DNA of 64,000 nt from an uncultured bacterium (GTDB taxonomy: Bacteria; Oederibacteriota; JAAXVQ01). Below are positions 48,891 through 59,325 of the stretch, piece after piece. Within the stretch, counting starts at the first letter, position 1. Every line of letters starts with the position of its first letter. The notes under the pieces were generated by a model. The model was given only the letters and a program-made list of their open reading frames with translations, searched no databases and was not told where the DNA came from. The position numbers were made by a program, and so were the translations under genes. Where the stretch lies: positions 363,500 to 427,499 of the forward strand of contig CAZSAP010000001.1 of NCBI GenBank assembly GCA_964604705.1, written 5' to 3'.

Positions 48891-49424
48891 CTATTGAAAC
48901 ACCTTGATCACCGTGTTCCAATTCCGCGTGGTGCCCCAGGTACCGCATTCGCGTTCCACCAGCGTATTGGGAAATCCAAATCGCCCATGTTTATCCGGCA
49001 GCCCTAAGCTGAAGACCTGCATACCTTCCAAGGCCAAGAGGTGCAGGTCTTGATTGGGTGTGACCAAAGGGAAGGTGGGTTGAAAACGTGCAGGTTCGGT
49101 TAAAAACGTGACATACCGTTTGGCCTTGGGCGGAACCTTAAATCGAGCAAACGGATCACGCTGCACCAACGCGTCCAACTCGGCCCGTGCGCATACAGCC
49201 ACCATGGTCTCACTGCCAAAGGTTTCACTTAAACGTTTCTCAATCTTGGCTTTTAGTTTTCCAGCATCTTGAAGGGCTGAAGCAAAGGTTACATTCCCGG
49301 ATTGTATTGTGGTTTGTACCTGTTCCAATCCCATGGATGCAAATAATTGTGTCAGTTCCTCCATGGTGATGATCCGGTGCCCGCCAACGTTAATGCCCCG
49401 CAACCAAACCACCCACTGCTTCAT
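48891..49424 (-). CDS. DUF1697-family protein
   Basis: Start ATG at 49424 with a GGGGAG RBS. The track's upstream extension overlaps the neighbouring gene. MKQWVVWLRGINVGGHRIITMEEL matches the DUF1697 N-terminus. Confidence 0.65.
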   Translation of the reverse strand: MKQWVVWLRGINVGGHRIITMEELTQLFASMGLEQVQTTIQSGNVTFASALQDAGKLKAKIEKRLSETFGSETMVAVCARAELDALVQRDPFARFKVPPKAKRYVTFLTEPARFQPTFPLVTPNQDLHLLALEGMQVFSLGLPDKHGRFGFPNTLVERECGTWGTTRNWNTVIKVFQ

Positions 49425-49443
49425 CCGCGACTCCCCGGGCCAC

Positions 49444-51012
49444 TTACCCTTGCCGTTTGTGCAGCTCGCTGTTGCGGAAGCTGTAAAGAAAATAAACCAC
49501 CAAGCCGATCCCCATCCAAACATAAAACCGCACCCAGGTGATGCGAGGCAACCCACTCATAAGAAAGATGCAGCTCCCAGCGCCAATCAACGGTACGATG
49601 GGATTAAACGGCACTTTGAAGGCGCGCGGCTTGTTCGGCTCTTTGATACGCAGGATAACCACCCCCAGACAAACCAGCACAAACGCAAAGAGCGTTCCAA
49701 TATTGGTCAGGTCGGCCATTTCATCAATATTGGAGAAACCGGCCAAGAGCGCGGCAAAGCCTCCGCAGAGGATGGTGTTGATGTGGGGTGTCTTGAATTT
49801 GGCGTGCACTTTCGAAAAAACTTTGGGCAAGAGCCCGTCGCGGGACATGGCGTAAAAAATGCGCGGTTGTCCCAATTGCAGGACTAATAAAACTGCGGTT
49901 TGAGCCACGATCGCGCCAAAGGCAATAATCCCGGCGGCCCAATCCAAATGATTGTACTGCATGGCCATGGCCAAGGGTTCGGCCTTTTGATGGGCCAACG
50001 AGGTTTTCATCAGTTCCACCGGAACCATGCCGGTAAATACAGCGGTAACCGCCATGTAAATCAAGGTGCATACAACCAGGGACCCTATGATTCCCATCGG
50101 CAAATCCCGTTTGGGTTGTTTGGTTTCCTCGGCCATGGTGGATACGACATCGAAACCAATGAAGGCAAAAAACGCAATCGCCGCGCCGGCTTTGATCCCG
50201 GCAAACCCATTGGGTGCAAACGGCACCCAGTTCTGAGGCTTCACGTAAAACGCCCCCAGCACCACAAAGAACATCACCACCAACAGTTTCACAGCGACGA
50301 TCACCGTGTTAAAACGCGAACTCTCCTTGATTCCGATCACCAGAATCACCGTCAGCAGCATGATGATCAGTGAAGCCGCCAGATTGAACACAATGGGCAT
50401 GCCCAAGAAATGGGGTGCTTGTGAGATCGCGAGCATGGCATGTTGCAGGGGGGCGGTGAGTTGTTCGAAGGATGTGCCGTGCTGCATCAAGGAGGTGGCT
50501 TGTTGAAAGCCGTGCAGGGCGGAGCGGTAATCCATGGAGGCCCAGGGTGGAAGCGCGAGACCAAATCCGCCGAGGAAGTTGTTGAAATAGCCGGACCAAC
50601 TGACCGCTACGGCGATGGTCCCCACCCCGTATTCCAAAATCAAATCCCAGCCTATGATCCAGGCGATTAACTCCCCAAAGGAAGCATAGGCATAGGTGTA
50701 GGCACTTCCGGCAATAGGTACCAAGGTGGCCAATTCCGCATAGCATAAAGCCGCAAACCCGCAGACCACCGCGGTAATGGCAAACGAGACCATCAGGGCC
50801 GGGCCTGCACCGGGACGTAAGGCATCTCCCGCCGCCGCGGTTCCCACCGTAGCAAAAATGCCGGCACCGATAATGACGCCAATGCCAAAAAGGATCAGAT
50901 CAAAGGATCCCAAAGCCTTTTTGAGCTTTGCGCCTACTTCTTGCGGTTCCGACAAGATACTGCCCAAATCTTTTAAGCGAAACAACTGTTTGGTGAGTTT
51001 GTTTTCCGCCAC
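49444..51012 (-). CDS. APC-family amino acid permease (cationic amino acid transporter-like)
   Basis: 522 aa, 12-14 TM segments. N-terminal GAGIF and the FAFIGFD motif. Confidence 0.8.
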   Translation of the reverse strand: MAENKLTKQLFRLKDLGSILSEPQEVGAKLKKALGSFDLILFGIGVIIGAGIFATVGTAAAGDALRPGAGPALMVSFAITAVVCGFAALCYAELATLVPIAGSAYTYAYASFGELIAWIIGWDLILEYGVGTIAVAVSWSGYFNNFLGGFGLALPPWASMDYRSALHGFQQATSLMQHGTSFEQLTAPLQHAMLAISQAPHFLGMPIVFNLAASLIIMLLTVILVIGIKESSRFNTVIVAVKLLVVMFFVVLGAFYVKPQNWVPFAPNGFAGIKAGAAIAFFAFIGFDVVSTMAEETKQPKRDLPMGIIGSLVVCTLIYMAVTAVFTGMVPVELMKTSLAHQKAEPLAMAMQYNHLDWAAGIIAFGAIVAQTAVLLVLQLGQPRIFYAMSRDGLLPKVFSKVHAKFKTPHINTILCGGFAALLAGFSNIDEMADLTNIGTLFAFVLVCLGVVILRIKEPNKPRAFKVPFNPIVPLIGAGSCIFLMSGLPRITWVRFYVWMGIGLVVYFLYSFRNSELHKRQG

Positions 51013-51136
51013 GCGTCTCTCCCCCTTGAGGCTTCGTGACCGAGGGGTGCACCGCGTCCCCCTCCGGTTCTTTAGTTTTTAGCACATCTGGTTTCCCGGG
51101 TCAACCAGATGAAATCCAGGCAGAGGTTAGGGTGGA

Positions 51137-52045
51137 TTAAGTCTTCGGCTTAGTATCCTTATCCAAAACCACATTCAAACTGCCGGAACGAAAACCCGCC
51201 AAGTCAATGGTCACAAAATGGAAGCCAAACTCTTTAAACGCTTTTACTATGGCTTCACGTTGTTTGGGTTCAACCAGTTTGGGAATATCGGGCTCCGGCA
51301 CCTCAAGTCGGGCCACATCCCCATGATGCCGAACCCGGCACTGGGACAACCCAAGTTCATGCAAATACCGTTCACCTCGCTCAACCTGTTTCAACTTTTC
51401 CCGTGTCACGGTTTCACCGTAAGGGATTCGGCTGGCCAAGCATGGGGACGAAGGACGATCCCAGGTTTCCAAACCCAACGCCTCAGAAAATTCACGAATC
51501 TCAGCCTTGTACAAGTCCGCTTCCAGCAAAGGTGAAAGTGCATTGCTCTCAGCCACGGCCCTGCGTCCCGGACGATAGTCCTCCACATCATCGGCGGTGG
51601 TGCCTTCCAAAAGGTAAGGGATGCTTTCGGCAATGGCGCGTTGTCGGAGCTTCTTAAACAAATCAAGTTTGCAATGGTAGCAGCGGTCAGCGGGGTTGCT
51701 GACGAATTCCGGGATATCCAACTCCGAGCGTTCCAGCACCCAATGCCGAAACCCGTAGGTTTCAGCCACCCGCAGCGCCCGTTCCCGTTCCCAAGGTGCA
51801 TAAGTCTCTGAAAACGCTGTAACCATCAAGGCCTGGGTACCCAAAACCAAGTGTGCCACAGCGGCCAAAAAAGAACTGTCCACTCCACCCGAAAAGGCCA
51901 CCACCACACGCCCCAACGAGCGCAACCGCATTTCCAACTGGCGATATTTTTTTTGTGTACTCTCCGGCATGCGCTGCAGGACGTCGTTCAGCTGTTTTTC
52001 GTTTAAGGCTTTCCCAGGTTCTGGCTGTACTGCTTTTTCCTTCAT
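51137..52045 (-). CDS. PP-loop ATP pyrophosphatase (TIGR00268 / LarE-like sulfur-insertion family)
   Basis: 302 aa. SGGVDSS PP-loop after ~45 aa. CYHCK motif. Confidence 0.65.
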   Translation of the reverse strand: MKEKAVQPEPGKALNEKQLNDVLQRMPESTQKKYRQLEMRLRSLGRVVVAFSGGVDSSFLAAVAHLVLGTQALMVTAFSETYAPWERERALRVAETYGFRHWVLERSELDIPEFVSNPADRCYHCKLDLFKKLRQRAIAESIPYLLEGTTADDVEDYRPGRRAVAESNALSPLLEADLYKAEIREFSEALGLETWDRPSSPCLASRIPYGETVTREKLKQVERGERYLHELGLSQCRVRHHGDVARLEVPEPDIPKLVEPKQREAIVKAFKEFGFHFVTIDLAGFRSGSLNVVLDKDTKPKT

Positions 52046-52074
52046 GTCAAAACTCCTTCAGGCCTCGAACTGTG

Positions 52075-53037
52075 TTAGGCCACTATACCATCGTATAAAA
52101 TACTGGATAAATAGCGTTCGCCGGAATCCGGCAGTATAACCACAATGGACTTTCCTGAATTTTCCGGCTGGGCAGCCAGACGCAAGGCGGCAACCATGGC
52201 GGCGCCACTGGAAATGCCACAGGAAATACCTTCTTCCAGATGCAACCGCCTCGCCATTTCAACGGATTCATCGGTGCTGACCGTGGCAATTTCATCCACC
52301 AGGCTCAAATCCAATACCTCCGGCTTAAACCCGGCTCCGATGCCTAAAATTTTATGCGGGCCCGACTGTGGTTTTTCGCCTCGGCGTAGTGCGGTTAGCA
52401 CGGCCGATTGAGTGGGCTCAACCGCCACGGACCAAACATTCTTTTTCCCTTTAAGGTATCGGGATATACCAGTAATGGTTCCTCCGGTCCCCACACCTGC
52501 CACGATCATATCCACTTTGCCGTCGGTGTCATCCCAAATCTCAGGTCCTGTGGTGTTGAAATGAATCTCCGGATTGGCGGGATTTTTAAATTGCTGCGGC
52601 ATGAAATATTTGTCAGGGGCACTCGCAACCAGTTCTTCGGCTTTTTCGATGGCTCCTGCCATGCCCTTCTCATCTTCGGTTAGAATCAGCTTCGCCCCAA
52701 ACGCAGCCAACAACTTCCTACGTTCATTGGACATGGTGTCGGGCATGGTCAGGATCAAGGGATACTTACGTGCCGCGGCCACAAACGCCAGAGCAATACC
52801 CGTATTCCCACTGGTGGGTTCAATGATGGTGACATCGTGTCGGCCCGGCGTTACTTTCCCTTCTCGCTCCGCAGCCCAAATCATGGCCGCACCAATGCGG
52901 CACTTAACCGAATACGCAGGATTGCGCCCCTCAATTTTTGCCAATACCACTCCGGGCAAGCCTTGCGTCAATCGATTGATTTTCACCAAAGGGGTGTGGC
53001 CAATACTCAAGCTGTTGTCTTCGTAGATACGTCCCAT
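52075..53037 (-). CDS. cysK: Cysteine synthase (O-acetylserine sulfhydrylase)
   Basis: Start ATG at 53037 ([23 protein letters not shown]). PLP fold-II motifs [10 protein letters not shown] and GTGGTITG. Confidence 0.88.
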   Translation of the reverse strand: MGRIYEDNSLSIGHTPLVKINRLTQGLPGVVLAKIEGRNPAYSVKCRIGAAMIWAAEREGKVTPGRHDVTIIEPTSGNTGIALAFVAAARKYPLILTMPDTMSNERRKLLAAFGAKLILTEDEKGMAGAIEKAEELVASAPDKYFMPQQFKNPANPEIHFNTTGPEIWDDTDGKVDMIVAGVGTGGTITGISRYLKGKKNVWSVAVEPTQSAVLTALRRGEKPQSGPHKILGIGAGFKPEVLDLSLVDEIATVSTDESVEMARRLHLEEGISCGISSGAAMVAALRLAAQPENSGKSIVVILPDSGERYLSSILYDGIVA

Positions 53038-53201
53038 ATTGCTTCCCGCCTTTTGAGAAGTTCTCTTGCGCAAGCATTTTATCTTAAGCCTTTTTATGCA
53101 TAATTCAAGTGCAAATGCAAGTGTTACCCCTGTGTGCAACCATACACGCTTCACCCCAACCGTAGCGTCTTTCTCATGTATGAATTGAAATCCGACTCGG
53201 A

Positions 53202-54194
53202 TTATTTAAAATCTTCCGACTTGAGTTCCAGATGTTCCACCACTTCCGGGGATTGATCCAAAAACCGATTGACTGTACTGTGATAGTCATCCATGGACGT
53301 CAACTTTTTCAAACGCCGGTATACATCCGATCCATCGATAAAGAAATGGTGTGCATAAAACCAAAACTCTTTTAATTTATCGAGCAGATGTCTCGGTCCG
53401 AACAAAACGACTTCGTACTGCCTTACATACTCGGCATGGAAGTGTCTAAACACGCTTACTTTATCCCGCGGTATTGAGTTCAACTGTTTAATCTGGGCAG
53501 GTAAAAATGGATTCACCAAAACTCCCCGCCCCAGCATCCAGTGCTGCACCTGAGGAAATTGAGTTTGCAGCCGGGTCCAGGTCTGGGCGTTAAACACATC
53601 ACCGTTGTACACCACCGGGATGCGACTGAGCTGCACGCACTTGGCAAAGGCTGCCAGATCCACGTGCCCGGCATACATCTGTCGCCCCAGGCGCGGATGA
53701 ATGATTAGTTCATGAATCGGATATTGGTTCAATATGGGCATCAAGGCCAGCAATTCATCGGGTGAGGATAAGCCCAAGCGGGTTTTAATGGACAGGCGGC
53801 ACTTGAGTTTGCCCATGACCTGCTCCAAAATGCGCTGAATTCTTTCCGAATCGGGCAACAAACCCGATCCGCGCTTCTTGGTGGTAACCATGGGTACCGG
53901 GCAGCCTAAATTCCAATTAAACTCCTGGTACCCCAACGACTGGACATACTCATCAAACACAAAAAATTCATCGCCTTCATTGGAAAGAATTTGCGGAACC
54001 AGCGGAATTTTCGGATCCCAGGTAGGAAGAATGGAACGCGTGCGCTTCCGGGTCAAATCGCCCTTCAACTGCACTTTGATAAACGGAGCAAAATATTTGT
54101 CAATTCCAGGAAAGAGCGTATGGTACGTAGTGCGATACAGCTCATTGGTCACACCTTGGAAAGGGGCCAAATACAATTGCGGTTTGGATGGCAT
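53202..54194 (-). CDS. tRNA-dihydrouridine synthase
   Basis: Likely start ATG at 54194 ([21 protein letters not shown] matches Dus M..L..APMAG.TD). The track ORF extends to the GTG at 54341. Confidence 0.7.
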   Translation of the reverse strand: MPSKPQLYLAPFQGVTNELYRTTYHTLFPGIDKYFAPFIKVQLKGDLTRKRTRSILPTWDPKIPLVPQILSNEGDEFFVFDEYVQSLGYQEFNWNLGCPVPMVTTKKRGSGLLPDSERIQRILEQVMGKLKCRLSIKTRLGLSSPDELLALMPILNQYPIHELIIHPRLGRQMYAGHVDLAAFAKCVQLSRIPVVYNGDVFNAQTWTRLQTQFPQVQHWMLGRGVLVNPFLPAQIKQLNSIPRDKVSVFRHFHAEYVRQYEVVLFGPRHLLDKLKEFWFYAHHFFIDGSDVYRRLKKLTSMDDYHSTVNRFLDQSPEVVEHLELKSEDFK

Positions 54195-54352
54195 ACCGAC
54201 GCACGTCTCCGACACATAAAGATGGAACCGCTGAGCACTATAAGTCATTTCGCCCGAAGGAGCAAGCGCCTTTGTCTTTGGACCAAAAATCCATTGATCC
54301 GAGGCAGTGGCCATTGTATAGTATCCCGACTTAATCAACACTTACCACGACC

Positions 54353-54817
54353 ATGTTCAACGCTCCTGGAGCCGCCATGACCTTGCACAAACATCAGGGA
54401 CAATTCACCTGGGACCAAGTAAGCGTACTCAAATATAAAGAAGAAGGCACTCACTTCAAGGACATTACGCGGCAGATTCTTTTCCAAGGCATGCCGGACC
54501 TGCCTTGCCAATGGCGCTATTTTGAGATCGCCCCGGGTGGGCACTCCACCTTGGAACGACACCACCACCTGCATGTCGTCATGCCCATTCGCGGTGCCGG
54601 GCATGCTTTGGTCGGAGATGCAATTTTCGATTTAAACCTGTTTGACGTTGTGCACATCCCGGCTTTAACGTGGCATCAGTTCCAAGCCACCGGGACGGAA
54701 CCTTTTGGTTTTTTATGTTTGGTCAATATCGACCGCGACCGACCTGAGCGCCCCAGTGGCGAACAGCTCGAGGCTTTGCGCTCAAACCCGACGGTGGCTG
54801 ATTTTATTCGAACGTAA
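54353..54817 (+). CDS. Cupin-domain protein
   Basis: 154 aa. G.HSTLERHHHLHVVMPIRGAGHALVGD is a cupin motif pair. Confidence 0.65.
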   Translation: MFNAPGAAMTLHKHQGQFTWDQVSVLKYKEEGTHFKDITRQILFQGMPDLPCQWRYFEIAPGGHSTLERHHHLHVVMPIRGAGHALVGDAIFDLNLFDVVHIPALTWHQFQATGTEPFGFLCLVNIDRDRPERPSGEQLEALRSNPTVADFIRT

Positions 54818-54854
54818 TTTTTACCTACAGTGCAAACAAAGTGATGCATGCATT

Positions 54855-54968
54855 GGGCGCAAATGTAAAGATGTGAAAGCATAGAGGCCATCCGTCTCGT
54901 AAAAAGGATGGCCGATCTGAGCGAGGCTCTCTGAACCGAGCGTCTTTCACAGTTTTACATCTGCGCCC
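54855..54968 (+). promoter_or_regulatory. Long imperfect inverted repeat with internal hairpins in the metY leader (candidate riboswitch/attenuator or IR element)
   Basis: gggcgcaaatgtaaagatgtgaaag (54855-79) pairs with ctttcacagttttacatctgcgccc (54944-68), 25 bp with 2 mismatches. It encloses the GGCCAUCC...GGAUGGCC hairpin. It ends 45 nt before the metY ATG. Confidence 0.4.
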
Positions 54969-55013
54969 ACTCAAACATTACTCTACTACTACGCTGTTGA
55001 AAGGGCTATTTCC

Positions 55014-56303
55014 ATGACAGAAAAACGTTCTTTTGGTTTTGATACCCGCATGCTCCACGCCGGGCACATACCGGACTCAGTGGTGGGGGCGCGTGCCGTA
55101 CCCATTTACCAGACCACGTCGTACGTGTTTAACGACGCCGACCAAGCCGCCCAGCTCTTCGAACTCAAGCAATACGGAAACATATATACCCGCATCAGCA
55201 ATCCCACGACCGCGGTCTTCGAGGAACGCATGGCGTCTCTGGAAAACGGGACCGGGGCCGTGGCCGTGGCCAGTGGCATGGCGGCCCAGTTCTCGGTCAT
55301 CATGACCCTGCTTGCTCCGGGTGATGAAATCGTGGCCTCGGCGCACTTGTACGGTGGAACCATGACCCAGCTGGTGCATACATTAAAAAAACTTTCCATC
55401 ACCGTTCATTTTGTGGATCCAGGCAACTTAGAGGCATGGGAAAAAGCCATTACCCCTAAAACTCGCGCCCTCTACGGCGAAATTATCGGCAATCCCGGGG
55501 GGACCATCTTGGACCTGGAAGCCTTGGCGGCGCTGGCCAAGAGCCGCTGCATCCCGCTGATCGTGGACAGCACCTTTGCCACGCCTTATTTGTGCCGCCC
55601 CATTGACTGGGGCGCCACCATCGTCGTGCACTCGGCCACAAAATTCATCGGTGGGCACGGCAGCAGCATCGGCGGTGTGGTGGTGGAATCCGGAACCTTC
55701 AACTACGCGCGTTATCCCACCATTGCTGACCCCTCGCCGTCGTACCATGGACTGCGTTTCTTTGATACCTTTGGGCATTACGGTTTTCTCATGAAACTGC
55801 GCTGCGAGACTGTCCGCGATACCGGAGCGTGCATCTCACCCATGAACTCGTTCTTGCTTATCCAGGGTCTGGAAACGCTCTCCTTGCGTATGGATCGTCA
55901 TGTGGCCAACGCACAAGCTGTGGCTGAGTTTCTCGCCCAGCATCCACGTGTCTCCGAAGTCCGTTATGCCGGGCTGCCTTCGCATCCCCATCATGCCCGC
56001 GCTAAAAAATATTTGCCCAAAGGCCCAGGTGCTGTATTTTCCTTCAACATCAAGCCCACCTCCGGCGACGCACGCGCGGCAGGCAAAAAATTTATAGAAT
56101 CGCTCCAACTCTTCTCGCATCTGGCCAACATCGGCGATGCACGCAGTTTGGTGATTCACCCCGCGTCCACCACGCATCAACAACTCTCGGACGCAGAACT
56201 GATCATGGGCGGCATTGGCCCTGACACGATTCGTTTGTCCATCGGACTCGAAACTTTGGAGGACTTGTTATGGGATCTGGATCAAGCACTGCGTGCAGTT
56301 TAA
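55014..56303 (+). CDS. metY: O-acetylhomoserine aminocarboxypropyltransferase (sulfhydrylase)
   Basis: 429 aa. [42 protein letters not shown]-lysine region [10 protein letters not shown]. Confidence 0.88.
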   Translation: MTEKRSFGFDTRMLHAGHIPDSVVGARAVPIYQTTSYVFNDADQAAQLFELKQYGNIYTRISNPTTAVFEERMASLENGTGAVAVASGMAAQFSVIMTLLAPGDEIVASAHLYGGTMTQLVHTLKKLSITVHFVDPGNLEAWEKAITPKTRALYGEIIGNPGGTILDLEALAALAKSRCIPLIVDSTFATPYLCRPIDWGATIVVHSATKFIGGHGSSIGGVVVESGTFNYARYPTIADPSPSYHGLRFFDTFGHYGFLMKLRCETVRDTGACISPMNSFLLIQGLETLSLRMDRHVANAQAVAEFLAQHPRVSEVRYAGLPSHPHHARAKKYLPKGPGAVFSFNIKPTSGDARAAGKKFIESLQLFSHLANIGDARSLVIHPASTTHQQLSDAELIMGGIGPDTIRLSIGLETLEDLLWDLDQALRAV

Positions 56304-56803
56304 GCCTCAACACCGTACTCACGGCCGATGAACAGGCACGCTATCAAAACGAAGAGATCATTTGCGACCTTCTGGCGACGGCAAAAACCATTGCCATAGT
56401 CGGGCTCTCGAGCGAGAAACAAAAAGCCAGTAACTTTGTGGCCTCGTATCTTTTATACGAAGGGTATCGCGTGATTCCCGTTACCCCGCGCGGCGGAGAG
56501 ATACTGGGGCAACGTGCCTATCCGGATCTTAAAAGCATCCCGGAAAAGGTGGATATTGTAGATGTCTTCCGCCCTTCCTCAGAGGTCATGGGGTTGGTGG
56601 ACGAGGCCATTGCCATTGGCGCCAAGGCCATCTGGACCCAACTGCGCATCATTGACTTTGCCGCTGCCGACAAGGCCCTGGCCTCAGGGCTGCAGGTGGT
56701 TATGGACAAATGCGTGAAAATGGAACACGGACGCTACCACGGCAGCCTGCACTGGGCCGGCATGAACACGCAGATCGTCACCGCTCGTCGCGCCCGGCGC
56801 TAG
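56270..56803 (+). CDS. CoA-binding domain protein (YccU-like)
   Basis: KTIAIVGLSSEKQKASNFVASYLLYEGYRVIPVTP. It overlaps the metY 3' end by 34 nt. Confidence 0.7.
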   Translation: MGSGSSTACSLSLNTVLTADEQARYQNEEIICDLLATAKTIAIVGLSSEKQKASNFVASYLLYEGYRVIPVTPRGGEILGQRAYPDLKSIPEKVDIVDVFRPSSEVMGLVDEAIAIGAKAIWTQLRIIDFAAADKALASGLQVVMDKCVKMEHGRYHGSLHWAGMNTQIVTARRARR

Positions 56804-56842
56804 CCAAAGCTTGCGCCGAACGACGGCAGAACAGGACCGCTT

Positions 56843-57631
56843 ATGTCAGCCTTGGCCGATGCTCACTGCCATCTCCAATCCCCATCCCTTTTTGAACGCA
56901 CGGTGGAAATCCTGGAGCGCGCACACGTAAACCACGTACGCCGTTTTCTCTGTTGCGGGACCTCCCCAGACGATTGGTCCCGTGTAAAGGAATTGGCCGA
57001 GGCGCATGCTGAAATCATCCCGTTTTTCGGTGTCCACCCCTGGTATCTGGATCAAGCCGGACCGAACTGGCAGCTTGAACTTGCAACCCTGTTGGAAACC
57101 CTGCCTTCCGGGGTCGGTGAAATAGGCTTGGACCACGCGGTTGATCCGAGAGACGATGCCCGCCAAGAAGAGACTTTCCTGGTGCAACTCAACCTTGCAC
57201 GTGAACGCGCACTTCCGCTCAACCTGCATTGCCGCAAAGCCTTCGACCGACTAAGCTTTTTCTTAGAGTCGTATCCGCTCACGGCTCCTGCCATAGTGCA
57301 TTCCTATTCGGGTCCTGCTGAACTCATTTCGCGTCTGGCTTCGTCCGGCGTGTACTTTTCGTTTTCGGGTAGTGTCACTCGTTCTGGTAACAAACGTGTA
57401 CACCGGGCACTGGCCGCCACGCCTTTGGAGCGCTTGCTGATCGAAACCGATTCTCCGGACATCCCACCGGTCATCAACCACACCCTGAATTACAACCACC
57501 CCAATGAACCGGCCAACCTTACGCATGTGCTCCAAGCCGTCGCAGAGATCAAGGGAGTCTCGGTTGAACGCCTGGCCGAGATCACATGGGAAAACACCAA
57601 GACTGTGGTGCAATCATTGCACCCTCGTTAG
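56843..57631 (+). CDS. tatD: TatD-family metal-dependent hydrolase
   Basis: MSALADAHCHLQSP. Conserved His/Glu/Asp positions. Confidence 0.85.
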   Translation: MSALADAHCHLQSPSLFERTVEILERAHVNHVRRFLCCGTSPDDWSRVKELAEAHAEIIPFFGVHPWYLDQAGPNWQLELATLLETLPSGVGEIGLDHAVDPRDDARQEETFLVQLNLARERALPLNLHCRKAFDRLSFFLESYPLTAPAIVHSYSGPAELISRLASSGVYFSFSGSVTRSGNKRVHRALAATPLERLLIETDSPDIPPVINHTLNYNHPNEPANLTHVLQAVAEIKGVSVERLAEITWENTKTVVQSLHPR

Positions 57632-58413
57632 AAAGGAATAAACTGTTGGACTCCGAACGATTTCAGCGAACCGAACTCTTTATTGGCCCTGAGGGCATGC
57701 AAAAGCTCACTCAGGCGCATGTCACCATCGTCGGCCTGGGTGCCGTAGGGTCGTATGCGTTGGAAGCCATTGCGCGGTTGGGTGTAGGACATTTACGCTT
57801 GGTGGATTTCGACGTGGTCAAGCCCAGCAACTTTAACCGTCAGCTCCTGGCCATCGAGCCAAATTTGGATAGAAAAAAAATCGACGTGGCCCGCGAACGC
57901 GTGCTCTCAATCAATCCCAACTGTCGGGTGGAAACCTTTGAACGGTTTATGGCCGAAGATACATTCGGAGAGGTTTTTGCATCACCCACCGATATCGTTG
58001 TCGATGCCGTTGACAGCCTCAACGCCAAGGTTAATTTTTTGGTGGAATTGCATAAGCATAAACTACCGGTTGTATCGAGCATGGGCGCGGGCTGGAAACA
58101 GGATCCTATGCTAATCCGCAGTCGCGATATTTCCCATACGGAAATGTGTCCTCTGGCTTGCCGCATTCGCCGACGTTTACGCAAGCGTGGGATCCAAAGT
58201 GGGGTTCAATGCATCTTCTCGCTTGAAGCTCCGCACACGCCAAAAACAGAAATCCCGGAGGAACCCAACTTTTTACCTCGCGGACGTGACCGCAAACCCC
58301 TCGGCAGCCTTTCCTTTCTTACAGGCATGTTTGGTCTCTGGGTTGCTCGCGAAGTTTTCACGCACCTAATAAGCGGACAATTCTCAACAGGTTTACAGAA
58401 AACCCAAGAATAA
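57586..58413 (+). CDS. tcdA: tRNA threonylcarbamoyladenosine dehydratase (ThiF/E1-like)
   Basis: VTIVGLGAVGSYALEAIARLGVGHLRLVDFDVVKPSNFNRQ. The real start may be TTG at 57646 (AAAGGA 8 nt upstream) rather than the ATG at 57586, which overlaps tatD. Confidence 0.75.
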   Translation: MGKHQDCGAIIAPSLERNKLLDSERFQRTELFIGPEGMQKLTQAHVTIVGLGAVGSYALEAIARLGVGHLRLVDFDVVKPSNFNRQLLAIEPNLDRKKIDVARERVLSINPNCRVETFERFMAEDTFGEVFASPTDIVVDAVDSLNAKVNFLVELHKHKLPVVSSMGAGWKQDPMLIRSRDISHTEMCPLACRIRRRLRKRGIQSGVQCIFSLEAPHTPKTEIPEEPNFLPRGRDRKPLGSLSFLTGMFGLWVAREVFTHLISGQFSTGLQKTQE

Positions 58414-58480
58414 AATCGGCCGTTTCTTCTCTCTTTGAGCGTTCAAGAGAAAAACGGCCGATCGACATTCAACTACTTAT

Positions 58481-58891
58481 TTATGCATTTGAACTTAGTT
58501 CGGTTTTATCTTCCACGCCCTGTTGTTTAAACCGCTTACTGCGAACCACACGTTCAAACATTTTAACTTGTTCCGGCATAAACACATCGCTGGCATGTAG
58601 ATTGGCCGCCTGAATTTCCTCAAAGAGCGCTTCTTTATTTTTCAAAATCATATAACCGTGCAAAACCAACCCACCAAACGATCCATCTCCATAAAGATAA
58701 TATACTTTCGGTTTCTTGACCCGAACAACTTTGGTACTGGCAATCGCTTTTTTTCTAGCCCGCTTCTTGGCTTTTGCCTCCACCGCTGCGCTCCCAAACT
58801 CAAATAGAGTTGGAAGACGGATCGTGAGTTTCTTAATATAATGCTGAATGAAGCGTTTGTGGTCTTTGGTAAGCATAACAAGTGTGACCAT
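58481..58891 (-). CDS. Hypothetical basic protein
   Basis: 136 aa, Lys/Arg-rich centre (KAKKRARKKAIASTKVVRVKKPK). No motif recognised. Confidence 0.4.
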   Translation of the reverse strand: MVTLVMLTKDHKRFIQHYIKKLTIRLPTLFEFGSAAVEAKAKKRARKKAIASTKVVRVKKPKVYYLYGDGSFGGLVLHGYMILKNKEALFEEIQAANLHASDVFMPEQVKMFERVVRSKRFKQQGVEDKTELSSNA

Positions 58892-59325
58892 GATGTTTTA
58901 GCCTCCCAATCCGTCAGAATAGTGTTCGCTCACTCTATATGCCTTGCATATATCGTGCCTCTTTTCGCAACCTTACTTTTCAAGCCTTTTCTATATCATC
59001 GGCACGTTTAAGCGTTTCATTAAAACACAAGTATGTTTCATTTTGACCCCAAACAAGAAAACCACTCTATGATTCAAGTATTCTGTTACACAGATGTAAT
59101 CTTCGCATCGTGGTTTTCTGTCACTTGTGTATCTTTTTTCTTATCGAGTTAATTTTCATTAGGCTGGCAACCGAAAAATGGTTACAATAATCAATAATGT
59201 ATGATTCGAAGGTTTGACTACCCTTAGGTGTTAATAGTTCTTATTTATTTAAACGTGGGCTTTGTTTTAAAGCAGCTTTCTCGTTCTGCTCCAGCCACGC
59301 TACCTACATCTTAAAAGGAACCCCG

